From the NCBI RefSeq assembly GCF_009914755.1, contig NC_060928.1: a stretch of 64,000 bases of DNA. One strand, written 5' to 3'. A program made the position numbers and the translations under genes. Every line of letters begins with the position of its first letter. Position 1 is the stretch's first letter. The notes under the pieces are model-generated. The model was not told the origin of the DNA. It searched no databases and saw only the letters and a program-made list of their open reading frames with translations. Source of the DNA: the human T2T-CHM13v2.0 reference genome, Homo sapiens. Below, one piece after another: positions 43,341-57,439 of this stretch.

Positions 43341-45489
43341 AGAATTATCATTTATTACAGATTTGGTACATAGAACATATTGACTTAGAATCATTGAATT
43401 AAATAGATAACTGCCCTCTACAGCTCTTGTTATTATTATAAGCATTGGAAATGCATTTAGGGGAGTGTGGCAGCATGTGTGTTCTCAAAATATACTCTTA
43501 AAATTTTCATGGACTTTCACTGTATAAGAATTTACTTCAGCTGCAAAAAGTAAAAAAGGAAGAAGGAAAAATTCAAAATTACATTACACAATTAAATATT
43601 TTGATTTAGAATTAAGTATAATATTTTGGTGATGTTTTGATTCCCACAAATGGAAAAATTGTGAAACTATTACATAAAAAATACAATTTCCTGTTGCACA
43701 CTGTAAATTCTAACAAAATGCATTCGAACCTCACAAACTTCATGGCAAGGGGCAGTTCAAGTAAATACTGGAATGCCCACAGAAGATTGAGCACAGTATA
43801 ATCTTTTCATGACCTGTAATAATTGGGATGTGTGTTTCCTGCTGCTACTTTGCAGTCGGTCAAAAAAGGCTGCCTGACTAAAAGTTTGCCCAGTGTGCCA
43901 CTACTGAACGACAATCCTTTTCAACGGTCACATAATCTGTAGTTCAGTGAGTTTGAACCCTTCTTTTCTCCCTTATTTTAGACAATCCATTGGTTCTGCA
44001 AGCTTCTTCACGTAATTCTGCAACAGAAGAAGGTTTTTTTTTTTGTTTTTTTGTTTTTTTTTTTTTACAAGAGGCCGTATGAAAATAATAAGTAGAAAAA
44101 AGCCAGAGATCCAGGTAATTTGCACCCATCCAAATTATAATTTCTGTTTCATGTTAATGAATGTTTGCTAGGAGATATAATTTTTGATGTGTCATTTCAA
44201 GAAGTTAAGTGATTTGAGATCAGTACCTAATATGGCAACAGTTATTTCTTATTTGATGTTCTCAACTGAAGTGTGATAATTCTGAAAGCAGAACAGAGTG
44301 TGATGCAATCTCAACACTCTTTCCAACCTCAATGTTTAAACTTGATAACAAATTCCACAAAGGATTTTCTAATTATTAATTTTTCCTTTCTAAGTTCTAT
44401 CTAAAGCGGTGATTTCTCTTATTATCTTAATATCTCCATCCCACTGAAAAATTACAGTAGTACTTATCATTATACAGTTTGGCTAAAAGTGAAAGGACTT
44501 ATTTAGATGATAAGTTGGTTAGAAGCCAAAGAAATTTCACTGTTTCCCTTAGAACTACTTTAACATTATAAATAGATTGGTAGATACAGAGACAGAAAGA
44601 CACGTAGACCATATGTGAATTTATGATATTTAAGGTCTTCTTTTAGATAACTAAGATTTGTGAATATTAGAAACAAAATATTTGTTCTAAAGTGTTTTAA
44701 TTCAGTAAATTATTTGAGTGACACTCAGAAAAAAGTGATTTTTTTGCTAAATAGTTAGCTGCCACTGTCATCTATAAACCATGTTGATCTAGATAATAAA
44801 TAGGAAAATAAATCAATTAACATAAATAAAAATAGTATTTTATTTTATATAAATCTATGCAATGAGAGAAAAGGCATATGCTAAATCATCTGCAAGACTT
44901 AAAATATTTCAGGCTTTGGAATAAACCCAACACTTAAAAAATATCTTATTTCTTATTAAAATTTAAAATAGCAGATAGATATTCTCAAATGAGAAAGGCA
45001 TTTTTTGCAATGATTTAAAAAATTAAACAGCATATTAACATTTTTTAAGTGAAGGTCAAGCATTGTAATACAAGGGTAGATTTGTCCAGCCAAACTTCAG
45101 ACTATAATGTTTATTGTTAAAGTCAGTCCAGCAATATGGTTAATATATTTTTTAATGAAGATATAGTAATTTCTGTTATAATTATAAAAATAAACGGCTG
45201 CTAGAAAAGGAATATTATATTTTTTAAGTTTTAACTTTAAAATCAACGCTAGTAAATTATCTTTTTACAATATACTTTTTTCCTTTATTAGAGTAAAATT
45301 GAAACCAAATAGTGTATTAATTTAAAAAGTAAATATTGGTCATTAAAACTATTATTTTCATGAAGAAGAATTAGATTTTCCAAATATATTAAGCATTAAA
45401 ATGCAAAAATGCATTTAATTTCTTCAGAAGAAATGTATTTTTTCTTTATGATGAAGTGTAATACATTGATATTTACTTTTTTAAATTAA

Positions 45490-47165
45490 GAGACTGTTTT
45501 TTAGAGCAATATAATGTTCACAGCCAAACTGAATGGCAAGTACAGAGTTCCCATATATTCCCTTCCCACAGAAACACACAACCTTCCCCACCATTAACAC
45601 CCTAACATTAACACCATTAACACACTAGTACCTAGTGTGGTACTTCGTTAATATCCACTAATCAATTTTTCCAGACCATTATGAGCTCAAGTCAATCCCT
45701 CCAAGTTTTACCCTGAACCCTCAGCAATTGCTGATATATTTAATGGCTCTATAATAGTTTTGCCTTCTCTAGAATATCATAAAGTTGGAATTATACAATA
45801 TGTAGGCTTTTATCATGGACTTATTTCATTTAATGATATGGATTTAAGATTCCTCCTTGTCCATGTTTGGCTTCCTAGCTCATTTCTCTTAACTGCTGGA
45901 AAATATCCCATTGTATGGATTACCATGGTTTATTTATCCATTCACCTACTGAAGGGCATCTTAGTTGCTTCTCAGGTTTGGCATTGTAAATAAAGTGAGT
46001 TGCTATAAATATTTATGTACAGGTTTTTGTGTAAGACACAGAGTTTCTGTTCATTTGGGTAAATATTAAAATATACTATTGTTACTATAGATCGGATGGC
46101 AAGGTCATATTTAGTTTTATAAAAAACTACCAAACTGTCTTCCAAAGTGACTGTTCCATTTTGCATTCCCACCAGCAATGAATGAGAGTTTTTCGTTGTT
46201 CTATATCCTCATCAGTAGTTAGTGTCTGCAATGTTTTGGATTTTTACCATTCAATTAGGTAGTTGTGGTATCTTGAAGTTTTAATTTGCAATTCCATAAT
46301 CATAACATAAGATTGATTGAGCGTATTTTCATATGTTTGTTTACCATTTGCAAATCATCTTCAGTGAGATGTTGATTTTAGTATTTACCCATTTTTATTG
46401 TGAAGGTTTAAGAATTTGTATATTTTGTGTACCAGTCTGTTATCGGATGTGTCTTTGCAAATATTTTCTCCCAATCTGTAGCATGTCTTCTCAATCTCAT
46501 GACAGTGGTTTTTGCAGAGAAATTTTTAATTATAATTAAGTCCAACTCATCAATTTTTCCTTTCACTTATTATCCTTTGTTATTGTAACTAAAATGTCTT
46601 CACCAAACTCAGCCTCTTAGATGTCCTCCATAGAGATCATCTAGGAGTTTTATAGTTGTGCATATTGCATTTAAATTTGTGATTCAAGCTGAATTTTTTT
46701 TGAATTACATAAGGTCTGTGACTAGATTTGTCTTCCTTCCTTACTTCCTTCCTCCCTCCTTCCCTCCCTCCCTCTGTTGCTCTCTCTCTTTCTTTCCTTT
46801 CTTTCTCTTTTTTAAATATGGATATCCAGTGCTTCAGCACCATTTGTTGACAAGAATATCCTTTCTTCATTTAATTAGCTTTGCTTTTTTTTTTTTTGTC
46901 AGAGATCAGTTAACTCTAATGGTATGGGTCTGTTTCTGGGCCCTCTACTCTGTTCCATCACTCTTTTTTTGTCTTTCCTTTCTCCAGCACCATACTGTCT
47001 TGACTACTGCAGCTTTAAAGTACATATTGAAGTCAGATAGCTCAATATGCCTGTCTTCTTCTCCTTCAATATTCTGTCAGATCATCTAAATCTTTTGCTT
47101 TGCCATATAAACTTTAGAATCCGTTTGTCTATATCTAAAAAGTAAGCTGGGATTTTCAATTGTGT
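45490..47165 (-). mobile_element. L1MC-type LINE-1, 3'UTR plus ORF2 C-terminal part
   Basis: tttagagca...gttcacagccaaactga...gtacagagttcccatat; ccattttgcattcccaccagcaatgaatgagagtt; cagcaccatttgttga. Contains a CT-rich simple repeat at ~46735-46810. Confidence 0.85.
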
Positions 47166-47298
47166 GATATTTATTTTTATGAATTTTTTTGTGGAATGTA
47201 CATAACTGGAAGTGACTTTAAATGTTGCCAGTGAACTAAATTACTGGAACAATACACTCAATCATAATCTTAACTACCACTCTAGCAGATGTAGGTAG

Positions 47299-47302
<4 letters not shown>

Positions 47303-47350
<48 letters not shown>
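47303..47350 (+). repeat. (GT)24 microsatellite
   Basis: Perfect dinucleotide run. Confidence 0.98.
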
Positions 47351-47352
<2 letters not shown>

Positions 47353-48619
47353 ATAGTTTAAACTTGGAAATTATAGCTTAGAAAAACATCTAGTGCAAAA
47401 GCCCAATACACAAAATAATCAAAAGTGCCACCATTCTGATTAAAGCAGGGGTGACAGTGAGTCCCAGGTATGGCTTCCCTCAGTCTCTCTGACATCCAGT
47501 AAGGAAAAAGTGAAAAATTCAGGATTTCTACAGAGTGCTGGACTAAATGATGTCTCATTTTTCCCTCAAATTTATAATTTTTGATGTGTGGCTGGTTATT
47601 TTTACTCCACATTTTCTTCACACCTAATGCATTAGAAACAATGTCAGATTTTTTAAGAGCCATATTTATAATAGTTGCCTTAACATCAGTTTTGGGGAAA
47701 GATCCTTTAAATTCCTGAGTTTTTCTGGCCTTGAGTCATAATCAGTGATGTAGTGATTAGTGCTTAACAAAAGGCACTGTGTTTGTAGCATTCTCTGGTT
47801 TCTGTGTTGTAAAATACTCCCACAGTGTCTGATCTGCAGCTACAAACAAGACATCACAGCTGAATTTAAGAAGACATGTGGGCAGCCAGCTCTTATAAAC
47901 CAGTATAAACCAGCAAAACTAAATTCTTAGCTTTGGCATAAATCTAAATAGAGTCAATGATTAACAATGTTTTCTTCCCCAAACCCCTCTATGGTTGAAT
48001 TAAAATACTGATTAGTTCATTAATTTCTTCAACAAACTTTTGCACTGGAAATAAAGAGAACCTTATTTTCTAAGAATCAACTTATTACCATATGCAAAGC
48101 ACTATGCTTCCATGAGAAAGTTTAAAAATATTATATCAGTCATTTTTAAAGCTTTTTTTTTCTCTTTTGAGGATTACACCAATGTTAGTAGCGTTTTCAA
48201 AATAGCAAAACATAAGAAGTAAATACAGTGTCTTCAGGTTCAGAACACAGGGTTCACCACTGATACAATTCTGGTTGCTAGTCACATGATCACTCAAGTT
48301 CCTTGGATAGTTAAAAAAAATCAGGATGCAAAGCGCTCTATCTATGCTCGTAAACTCATTTGCTTCAACTCTCTACCTCTCTGCTCCAACAGATGTGTTT
48401 TAAATCCATTTCATAACTAATTTCTCCAAAAACTTTGTTTATCCCTTGAATTATTTCATTTCCCCTAGCTTAGGTGTTTGGAATAATTGCAAGCTTTTTC
48501 AGATTTCCAAGTGCTTATATTCCTTTCCCGGAGCAAAAGACACAGAGTCAATCTGCTGCCTGAATTAGACAAAGGCGAAGGGGGAAATAATAAATACTAC
48601 CTCAAAAGTATTATACCAC

Positions 48620-49080
48620 TATGATAAAAGAAGGGAACTTAACTCTGTCTAGTAGGGCTCCCAGAAAGCATTCTAAAGAAGAAAAGTCTGGCACTACATA
48701 GAAATTAGGGATGTGGACAATAGATGCGTAAAAGGATATTTTAAGCAAAGGTATGAATATATGAGTAGGTTGATCTAATGCTGCCAAAGGGGAGAGATTA
48801 TGATTATGATTGTTACAAGATGTTAGAGAATTAGGGAGAAGATGATAATAGCCTTGCACAATATGTTTAGGATGTGTCACTGGGACCGTAGAAGCTGATC
48901 TTTAATAGCTTTAAGGAGTCTGTGGAGGATAGAAAAGAAAACAACAGGAGTCAGGAAGCCACTACCTTGGTCTAGGTGAATATAGTGTGAGTCAAACAAG
49001 AACAGCTATAAGAAATCAATTTATGGAGCAATATAGTATAAGTTGGAAAGAGAAGAGACAAAGAGGGTAGTTTTGCACAA
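48620..49080 (-). mobile_element. Old L2 fragment
   Basis: Purine-rich L2-like segments (cagaaagcattctaaagaag, ggaagccactaccttggtctaggtga); heavily diverged. Confidence 0.4.
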
Positions 49081-51629
49081 AAGGAAAGGAGTTAAGAGTG
49101 ATTATAAATAAAGACAATTTTTGTAAGCAGCATTATGAGAAGTGGAGGAAATTCTTGGACAGTAGACTCAATATTCTTGTACAATAATAACAATGTGATA
49201 ATATTATTGCTTAATGAGCATTTTATGTGGTCTACATGTATTATTTAATTTAACAATATACCAATATGAAAATTTTATTTTCACATTTTCAAATGAATAA
49301 ACTGGTGGTCACAAATTTTAAGTTTTTGGACTGCAAAGAAAGTGGATGCCAGATTTGAGCCTTAAAGTCAGATAGGTCTGACTGATTAAAAGTGCATGTT
49401 TTCAGTCTTAATGTTGTATGCTTTCTTTGCAGTAGGTGGTAAGTTCCTCTCTCCTGTGGAAGACAAGTCATTTGTTAACAGCAACAACATTCTAAAATGG
49501 TCATTTTTAGTATAAAGAAGATAAATAATGGGCTATGGACTAAGATGGCATCACTCCCAATGGTACAGTCCAAACATCTTCAATTGTACCAGTGTGCCAA
49601 GTTATAATGTTATTTTTCAGCAAAACTCAGTCATTTCAAGTATGATGGTAGAGAAGTAAGGTTACGGGACTATTTAGAGTAACGGTTCTAATTGTCAGGT
49701 GTAGTGGCAGTATTTGAATAGATAAAAAGCAGAAGCAATTAAGAAAAAATGTATTGCAGACTGGACACAAAAAATAGGGTTCAAGTTGGGTAAACAAAGC
49801 ATAGTTTTTCAAATTCTTGCCTGTAAATTTAATTTAGTATATTAATGTCACTTACAGTAAAATAATTAAGTCCAACATATTCTTTTCAACTGAAGCAACA
49901 ATCTGTTGTGATGGTTCTCTAATATATAAAAATAAGAAATTTTTCTTTCCACCCATAACAAGAGACTATTTTTAAATCTAAAATTGCCAAGATCTTTAGT
50001 TTTTTGTTAGATACTGTTTATCGTCTTTTTATTCATAAGCTTTGATACTTATCTGCCTTCCTCATATGTCTGAAAATTAAGCTCCCCATTGCATATACAT
50101 AAGTTAATGGTCTTAAAACTAATTATCCTGACAATAACAATGGCTATCCTATAAGAATGTGTATATATAAATATATACATACATATATGTAAATATATGT
50201 ATGTTTGTATTTTAAAATCTCATGTAGCCCCTGGACCACTGTGATTTTTCCATCTTTGTGTCTTATTGATTTATTTATATCCTATAGCTCTATAACTTTT
50301 GTTTTTGAACTATATCACTTGGCTTATTATTTCATACTTTTCTGATGAGCCAATATGATTTTTCAAGTTGTTCCATATTTATGTCTTTTGCAAATTTGAA
50401 ATCTTCACTCATTCATAAAATAAAATTAATATTTTTAAACTCATTACTTATCCAAAGTAAAAGTTTCCCAGTTATTTTTAAATATTATTTTATTAATGTT
50501 ATTGGTTAGCTGAAATTCCTAGGCTTCTAAATGTTTGATTGTTCTTCCCATCACTAGCTTTTGGTCACATTCAAGCTATTGATAAATTCTCTACAAGTTA
50601 TAAAATAAAACAAAGCTAAACAATACAATACATCAAGAAATTATCTTTTCATAAACATTTTAGTTTGCGTATGATAATCTTCTCTACACTTGCTTTTATA
50701 TCCTGTGTAAATTGCTTAGATAATAACATTGCTATTTTACTGTCCATTTTACATTGTTGGCCGACACGCATGGCGGGTTAGGTATATATTTAGAGGAAAG
50801 TGTGACATGGTCTGGCACCTCACTCTCCCTACACTGCCAATGTATTGGACATTGCTGGTCTTTGCCGGTTTTCTCTGATTATGCCTTTCAGACAGCACAG
50901 CCACAGGATCCCACTAGATTGCTATTTCATGGTGTGTCACCCTTGGTGACTGTCCTTGTTTCTTTCCTCTGCCCACCTTCTCAATTCTGGCTCATGTTGA
51001 GGTTGTGTTATAAAAGTCTCTACAGAAAAATAATCACCTAAGCACTGAAAAAGATACTAAGATACATGTCATGTGCTTAGGTCCTGAAGCCTTATATTTT
51101 AGTAATGATATGAGATAGTTAAAACATGAATATTTCATAAGTTAAAAAAGTTGTCACATGAGAGATACAGAATTATATAAATTTTTGTAGGAGAAAAACA
51201 TCTATTTTGAGAGAAAAAAAAGCTTCCTAATAGAACTCAGATTTGATCATGGATTTTTTTTTTTTAATGATTAGGATTTTCAAGGTGGAAAATGGTTACA
51301 AAAGAAGAACACAGAAATACAGAAAACCAGTAATCTTTGTCCCCTAAACCTCAACTCGTCTATCATTTTTATATTACCCTTATAAGTGGTTTCAGAGTGA
51401 TAATTCCCTAAATCAATAAGCCAATCTGTACAGTTATCCCAATAAAAGAAACCTAGCAAAACTTACTATGTCTCCTTTTAGCTGATTTTTAAATTATTAT
51501 TTACCACATATGTTTGCTTACATTGAAAACAGCACTGAAATCACTTTTTCTACGTAGTTAGCTCTTTAAGTGGTAGCACTGAAGTAGGAAGAGTAAGAAA
51601 ACATATCTCCTAAACAAGTCTGTCTTCTA

Positions 51630-51870
51630 ATACTAATAACTACCATTTTTCTATACTGACCTAAGCATTTTCTTCCCATCATTTGATGGGAAGACCTCAT
51701 TTGATCTTTGTAACAATCTTAAATGCTACTTGTTTCTTGTTTTACAAATAAAGAAGAAACTAGCTCCAAATAGTTACTTATCATGTCCCAGCTTAAGCAT
51801 AGTAAGTGATGGAGCCAGGCTTCAAACTTATGCTTTCTTGAACTATTAACCATCACATTATTCTGCCTGT
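51630..51870 (-). mobile_element. MIR
   Basis: ttttacaaataaagaagaaact...agtaagtgatggagccaggcttcaaac. Confidence 0.6.
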
Positions 51871-52169
51871 ACTTTGCTCCTATCAATGTTTATAGTTCTA
51901 GCAAACAATATGGAAGATATTTATTATAGACAATTGGAAATATAAAACTTGAGCACAGTAGAAAATCAGGGGATCTTAATTTGACATCGCTGTATATAAA
52001 ATCATAGGTGAAGACATGAGTTAATGTGATAGAAGAAAAGAAAGTATTTATAGAAAGAAGGTTGGGAAGTATAGCAACTGGCCTTTCAAATAGTTTATCA
52101 AAAAAAATTGGACTGCCCTCAGTCATGAAATAACTCATATGTAACTTTTTAAAAACCTCATATGATCAG

Positions 52170-52400
52170 TAGTGTTTAGAAGCATTTGATCTGACCTTCT
52201 ATTGCCTGAGTTTGAAACCTGGTTCCATCAGTAACTAGCTGTGTAATTTTAGAATTTTGTGGGGTTTTTTTTCGTTCTTTCTTTTTGCTTTAATTTTCTC
52301 ATCTGTAAAATGGAGATATTAATAGAACTGATTTCATAGATATAAATCAATGTATGCAAATCTCTTAAAATAGTGTCTGCCAGACATTACAACTGCTATG
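52170..52400 (+). mobile_element. MIR
   Basis: tgcctgagtttgaaacctggttcc...actagctgtgt...ttttctcatctgtaaaatggagata. Confidence 0.7.
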
Positions 52401-53547
52401 TTAGACATTATGACAGACTATAAAATAGTGTCTTTCAGCACCTTAATGTCTGCTATCATTAACATCAATATCATGCCCCTGTTATTATTTTATTTCATTC
52501 TAAAAAACAACCAAAGAAGTAGGCAATCTGCAAAGAAGTTATAATCCAAAGTTTGTGTGCTATTTAATAATTATTGAAACAATACTTAAAATGATACATT
52601 CTCAGGTTAGCCCACAAACTCTACTTAAACCTAGATGGTTCAATTATGGTGCATACTGATGATGTAATGTAACTTTAACAAAATATGACCAGCAATTTAC
52701 TTTTAAATCTCATAACTATATTTCATATATTTTAGGCAATTTCCTGTGCTCACTGTAAACTTGTATGGTAATGGAAATTAGAACTGCTCCAGTTCCTAGT
52801 TAATGATTCTATTTAGCACGAGAGCTCTTGTGTTGCAGGGCAGTTGTAAGGGGTCAGTAAAGAGAAGGATGAGATTCCAAGGCAGTAGGGAGAGAAACCT
52901 TTGGACACTAGTAATTCCTATCATTTTTGCTTTCAAGAGGATATTTATTACCAACTTATTCTCTGTGTTAGGTACACAACATCAGTGATGCAGAATCTTT
53001 GCCTTTCCTCAACAATGGGTGCTCAAAAAGGTCAAACACCTGTGATGTCTTTCTGAAAAGATAGATTTATACTGATTCAGTTCCATCTTCTTACTGATTA
53101 CTGTCCTCATAGAACTAAGGAAGTTAGTGTTAATTGAATGCACTTCCATCATAAAAAATTTGATTGACATTTAGTGCTACCTAGACAAAGATCTCTTTAA
53201 ATACCACAGAGAGGTAATTAAAAATTGGACATCTTGGCAGGACTGTTCATGGAAATCTTCTAGAGAATATGAAGGTTTTTTTAAAGCTCGTGGATATCAA
53301 ATTTTTCCTCCTCCTTTGCACATGTCTCCATTGCTTCTGAGAGTCCTTTTTGTTCTTTCTCATGGTCCCCATATTCAACTTGTATCCATTCTGCCCAATT
53401 AACAGATTTTCTTCCTTGACCTCTCTACGTTTCCAATGGTAGGATGAATCTACACATGCTTCACAAATCATTTTATGAGAAATGCACAGAATGAGAAAGC
53501 ACAGAATTGAAGACCTTCTCCTATTCATTTTATTAAAAACAAAAGCA

Positions 53548-53782
53548 GGCTAGGTGAGGTGGCCCATGCCTGGAAATCCCAGCACTTTAAGAGGCCAAGG
53601 CAGGAGTGTCACCTGAGGTCAGGAGGACGAGACCAGCCTGGCCAACATGGTGAAACCCTGTCTCTACTAAAAATACAAACATTAGCTGGGCCTGGATCAT
53701 GCATGTAATCCCAGCTACTCAAAAGGCTGAGGCATGAGATTCGCTTGAACCCAGGAGGCAGAGATTGCATTCAGCTGAGATC
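53548..53782 (+). mobile_element. AluS lacking its 3' end and A-tail
   Basis: ggctaggtgaggtgg...cacctgaggtcagga...gctgagatc, then non-Alu sequence. Confidence 0.9.
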
Positions 53783-54049
53783 AACTATTTTACCCAATAC
53801 AGAGCTTCCTTCAATGGAATAGAGATTAGTTTGTTAATAGCTGTGAATTTAGGTAATTGTAGGAATAAAGAAAGCAATGAAAGTTCTTTTGCATATATCT
53901 ACACATATACATAATTTACATAATCTAAGTGTGTGTATGTATGTGTATATGCTACTATACATATGTTTTCCTCTTAAGTGAACTGCTAATTTACTATGGT
54001 ATATTGAAGATATAAACATTATTTTGCTATCTTCTTAAACCCTTTGAGA

Positions 54050-55295
54050 CAACTAAAAATACTTTAAAATAGATCTGCAAGGATGAAGAGAACTGGAGGA
54101 AACAAACAAAATATTGGAATCTTGTAAGAATATAGATAGGTGGGAACTGTCTTAGTGGCACTAAGCAAGCTGAATCCCAACTTTGTGGTTGGTAAAGCTG
54201 CAAACCTTATTTATACACAGTTTCCTCAGATAAATTAGCAATACCAAGTACCGCAGGAAATGAAAATGACAGTGATTACTAAAATATGGAGGCCTGTTGA
54301 AAATTATGTGCAAAGTCAATAAATTGCCAGATCCCCTCCCTTATGCAATCCTGGTAGAAACCTGCAGGTTTATTCTTTCAGGACACAGCTAAACCATATG
54401 GAATCTGGAGAGTACCGCAAGCTGAATGCCATAAAAAGCAGCCCTCTACCACAGTGCATTCCACCCCAGCCTCTGGCAGGAATGTTGAAAGCCATAATCT
54501 TAGCCATCAGGCAGATTATTCAGATTCTTCTTTGAAGAACTTTTTATGTAAAATTGGGAGTTCCCTAAAAATGATTCACCCAGGTCACTCACAGGAAAGG
54601 TGATGGTTGAAAAACCTTACTCAGTGCTCAGAAATTCTAAGTCAGATTTTCAATGTCCTTTTCTTAATCAAGAACAAAAAGCCAGCATTAAGTAGGCATG
54701 TGAGTAAACCCTCTAACATGAAAGATAAGACCAAAATAAACAAACAGATTAAAACAATGTGAAATGAGTCAATGCAGTTAAAAAATACTGTAAAAACACA
54801 ACATAACAAAACCTGTAATTTATATCCTCAGAGAAATGAGATAATAGCCAATAAATGAAATAAAAACAAAAGGAAACTTTATAAAAATCAATGATGTAAC
54901 AGATAGGAGAAAAAAATGTAAAACAACATAGACATCACTTCCAGAATTCCAAAGTCCAAATAATAGAAGGTCCAGATGGAGAGGGAAGGAAAACAGATGG
55001 TAGGACATAATTAATAAAATTATTAAAATATTTCCCAGAACTGAAGGACATGAATTGCCAACTTGAGAGAGTTCACCCAGTGCACAGTAAAATGAATTAG
55101 AATAGACACATATCATGGCACACTGTAACATTTAAAAATATTGAAGACAAAAACAATTTGCTACAAGCCTCCAGAAAGAAAAATAAAATGCTCTATCATA
55201 CAAAATGAATTAGGCATTAAATTTGATTCTGACTTCTCAGCAGCAACAGGGAAGTCTAGAAGGCCATAAAGCAGTATACAATTCTGGGGGAAAGA
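54050..55295 (+). mobile_element. HAL1/L1ME-type ORF1-region remnant
   Basis: A-rich; tttcccagaactgaaggacatga, acaagcctccagaaagaaaa and gacttctcagcagcaac are typical of old L1 ORF1. Confidence 0.6.
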
Positions 55296-55529
55296 ACTCT
55301 GTGCTGATTATGGCCCTAATCTTGCTCTCCTTTTCATGCCCTGATACTGAGTCAGCTACCAATACATTTTTCTCCCCAAAGAGGTATTTCTGCTTTAGCA
55401 TGCTCCTCAGCACTGGAGGTAAGCAATGGCAAACTTAGAAGCCAAAGATCAGCATCTCTCCTCCTCATATACGTGTGCTGTACTTTTTGGTGTCTGGTCC
55501 ACAATTTAGCCCTGCCAGTTGCCCTGCTT

Positions 55530-55990
55530 ATTGAAATATTCCTGAACTTTCAGATATTCTAATGAGGTTTTCCTCTGACATCATCTCACCTTTCTAGCAA
55601 CATGTCCAGTTTCTTTGTCTAACTACCACTCATCATATAGGTCTCATCTTACATGACTTCTCTTTTAACAGACCTTCCTTTACACTTTTCCTTTATACTC
55701 TTCCTTACATCACTTTAATATTAAAGTAGATCCCTTTCACCACCACCATTCATCAATATCAATGTACTTTTGTAGAACTCTGTGTTTTCTCTGCATAACA
55801 CCTAAAAAATTGTGATTAGAGAGCTACTAGTTTAAATATTTGTTTACTATTGACACTCAATAAATCTGTGTTCCAAGAGAGCAAAGATCCATCTTTTTGT
55901 TCAAAAACTGTATCATCAGTAACTAGCAGAGTCTCTGGTGATCTTGATAAGGGCATAAGTAAATGCTTCATACACTAATTTATTTATTTT
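55530..55990 (+). mobile_element. L2 3' fragment
   Basis: agaccttcc...gttccaagagagcaaaga...ttgttca..actgtatc...taagtaaatg. Confidence 0.5.
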
Positions 55991-57439
55991 ATGCAAAAAC
56001 AATAAAAAATGTATTATCAAATTTCACTAAAATTTAAAATATTTTACAGTTTTATAGATGTATGCCATTTAAAAGTTATATATAAACATATAGGTAGATA
56101 TGGATATCCAGCAAAAATGATTCTTTTAAAATACCATAAATTGGGCAGAGAATTGTTTCTATGAGAAATATTACGCAAAAAATATGTCATAAGAAACACT
56201 GGTGTACACCTTCATCTTTTTTGTATGATGGTTAATTAAAATGGATACAATTGGGTGGTTGGAATAGTAAAATTTCCAAAGCTGAAAAATAATAAACTGG
56301 TCAAATAATGCATAGTTTATTAAATTTGGCATCCTAAAGAAATATTGGAATGTATATTACATATCGAAATAATTGCCTTTGATTTCTACTTTGTCAGAGC
56401 ACTTGGTTATAAGATCCTTTTAATAATTTATTAGCTGTATTCTTATGAATAAGCATTGTCTTTATTTTAAACTTTTCTGTATAGGGAACTGGTTATTCTT
56501 AATTTATCCTTAAACTTAAGTATTTTTTTTAATTGGTGACATAAGGCACGGAACAGGTTTCCAGCATCAAATGTTAATTAGCTTATTAATCAATAATTTA
56601 AAAATCATATTTGTTGCTTTAGTCCTCAGTTAAAAGGGCAATTAGCATAAAAATATATTTAGAAGAAAATGTAGTCACAGAGAAAGAGAATGACATTGGG
56701 TATAGTATATCACTTTTCTAGTTTTAACTGATATCATTAGTTACATTATCCAAGAAATGCAAAGGATGTTGATAAAATAATTTAATTACTACATTGTACT
56801 ACATGCCACTATTTTCTATATTGGCAAGCAAATTGTAAAAACATTCAATAATAAGGAAGATTCATTTAAAAAATAAGCTTCTCTGATTTTCTTAGAATAA
56901 ATAATTTTAAAATATCTCCATGTATTAAATTGGAACAGTGAGCAAAAAATATAATGATTAAAAGGCATATTTTTGCTTATATTATGGTACTTATGACTTG
57001 AAATCATATTGAAATATTTGTAAATATAAGAGCTTTCTTTTTACTCTCTGTATATTACATTCTTTAGAATATTTTTATTTAAGTCCCAAATAATTAAAAT
57101 AAGATTTATTTCTGTTTTAAGGTTATCTAAGCAGTGGTTTTAGTGTTTTCTTCTTGATAACCTGTAGCTGATTCTCGTGCACTTTGCAATCAGGCTCATT
57201 AAGCTGGCTGACACACTTCATAACTCTGGCTTGAAAATGATCAAATAATGAGAAGGACTGTAGAGGAAGAATTGATTTTTGTTACAAAAGGGAAAAGTAC
57301 AGCAATTCTTATTACCAATTCAGACAATTTAGTTCCATTTGACAGGAAATAAGGTGTCATTCTGAATTACTGAACAAGCACTAACATGAGGATAACAGTG
57401 AATCAAAAATGTTTATTTTAAAGCTATGTCCAAAATGTT

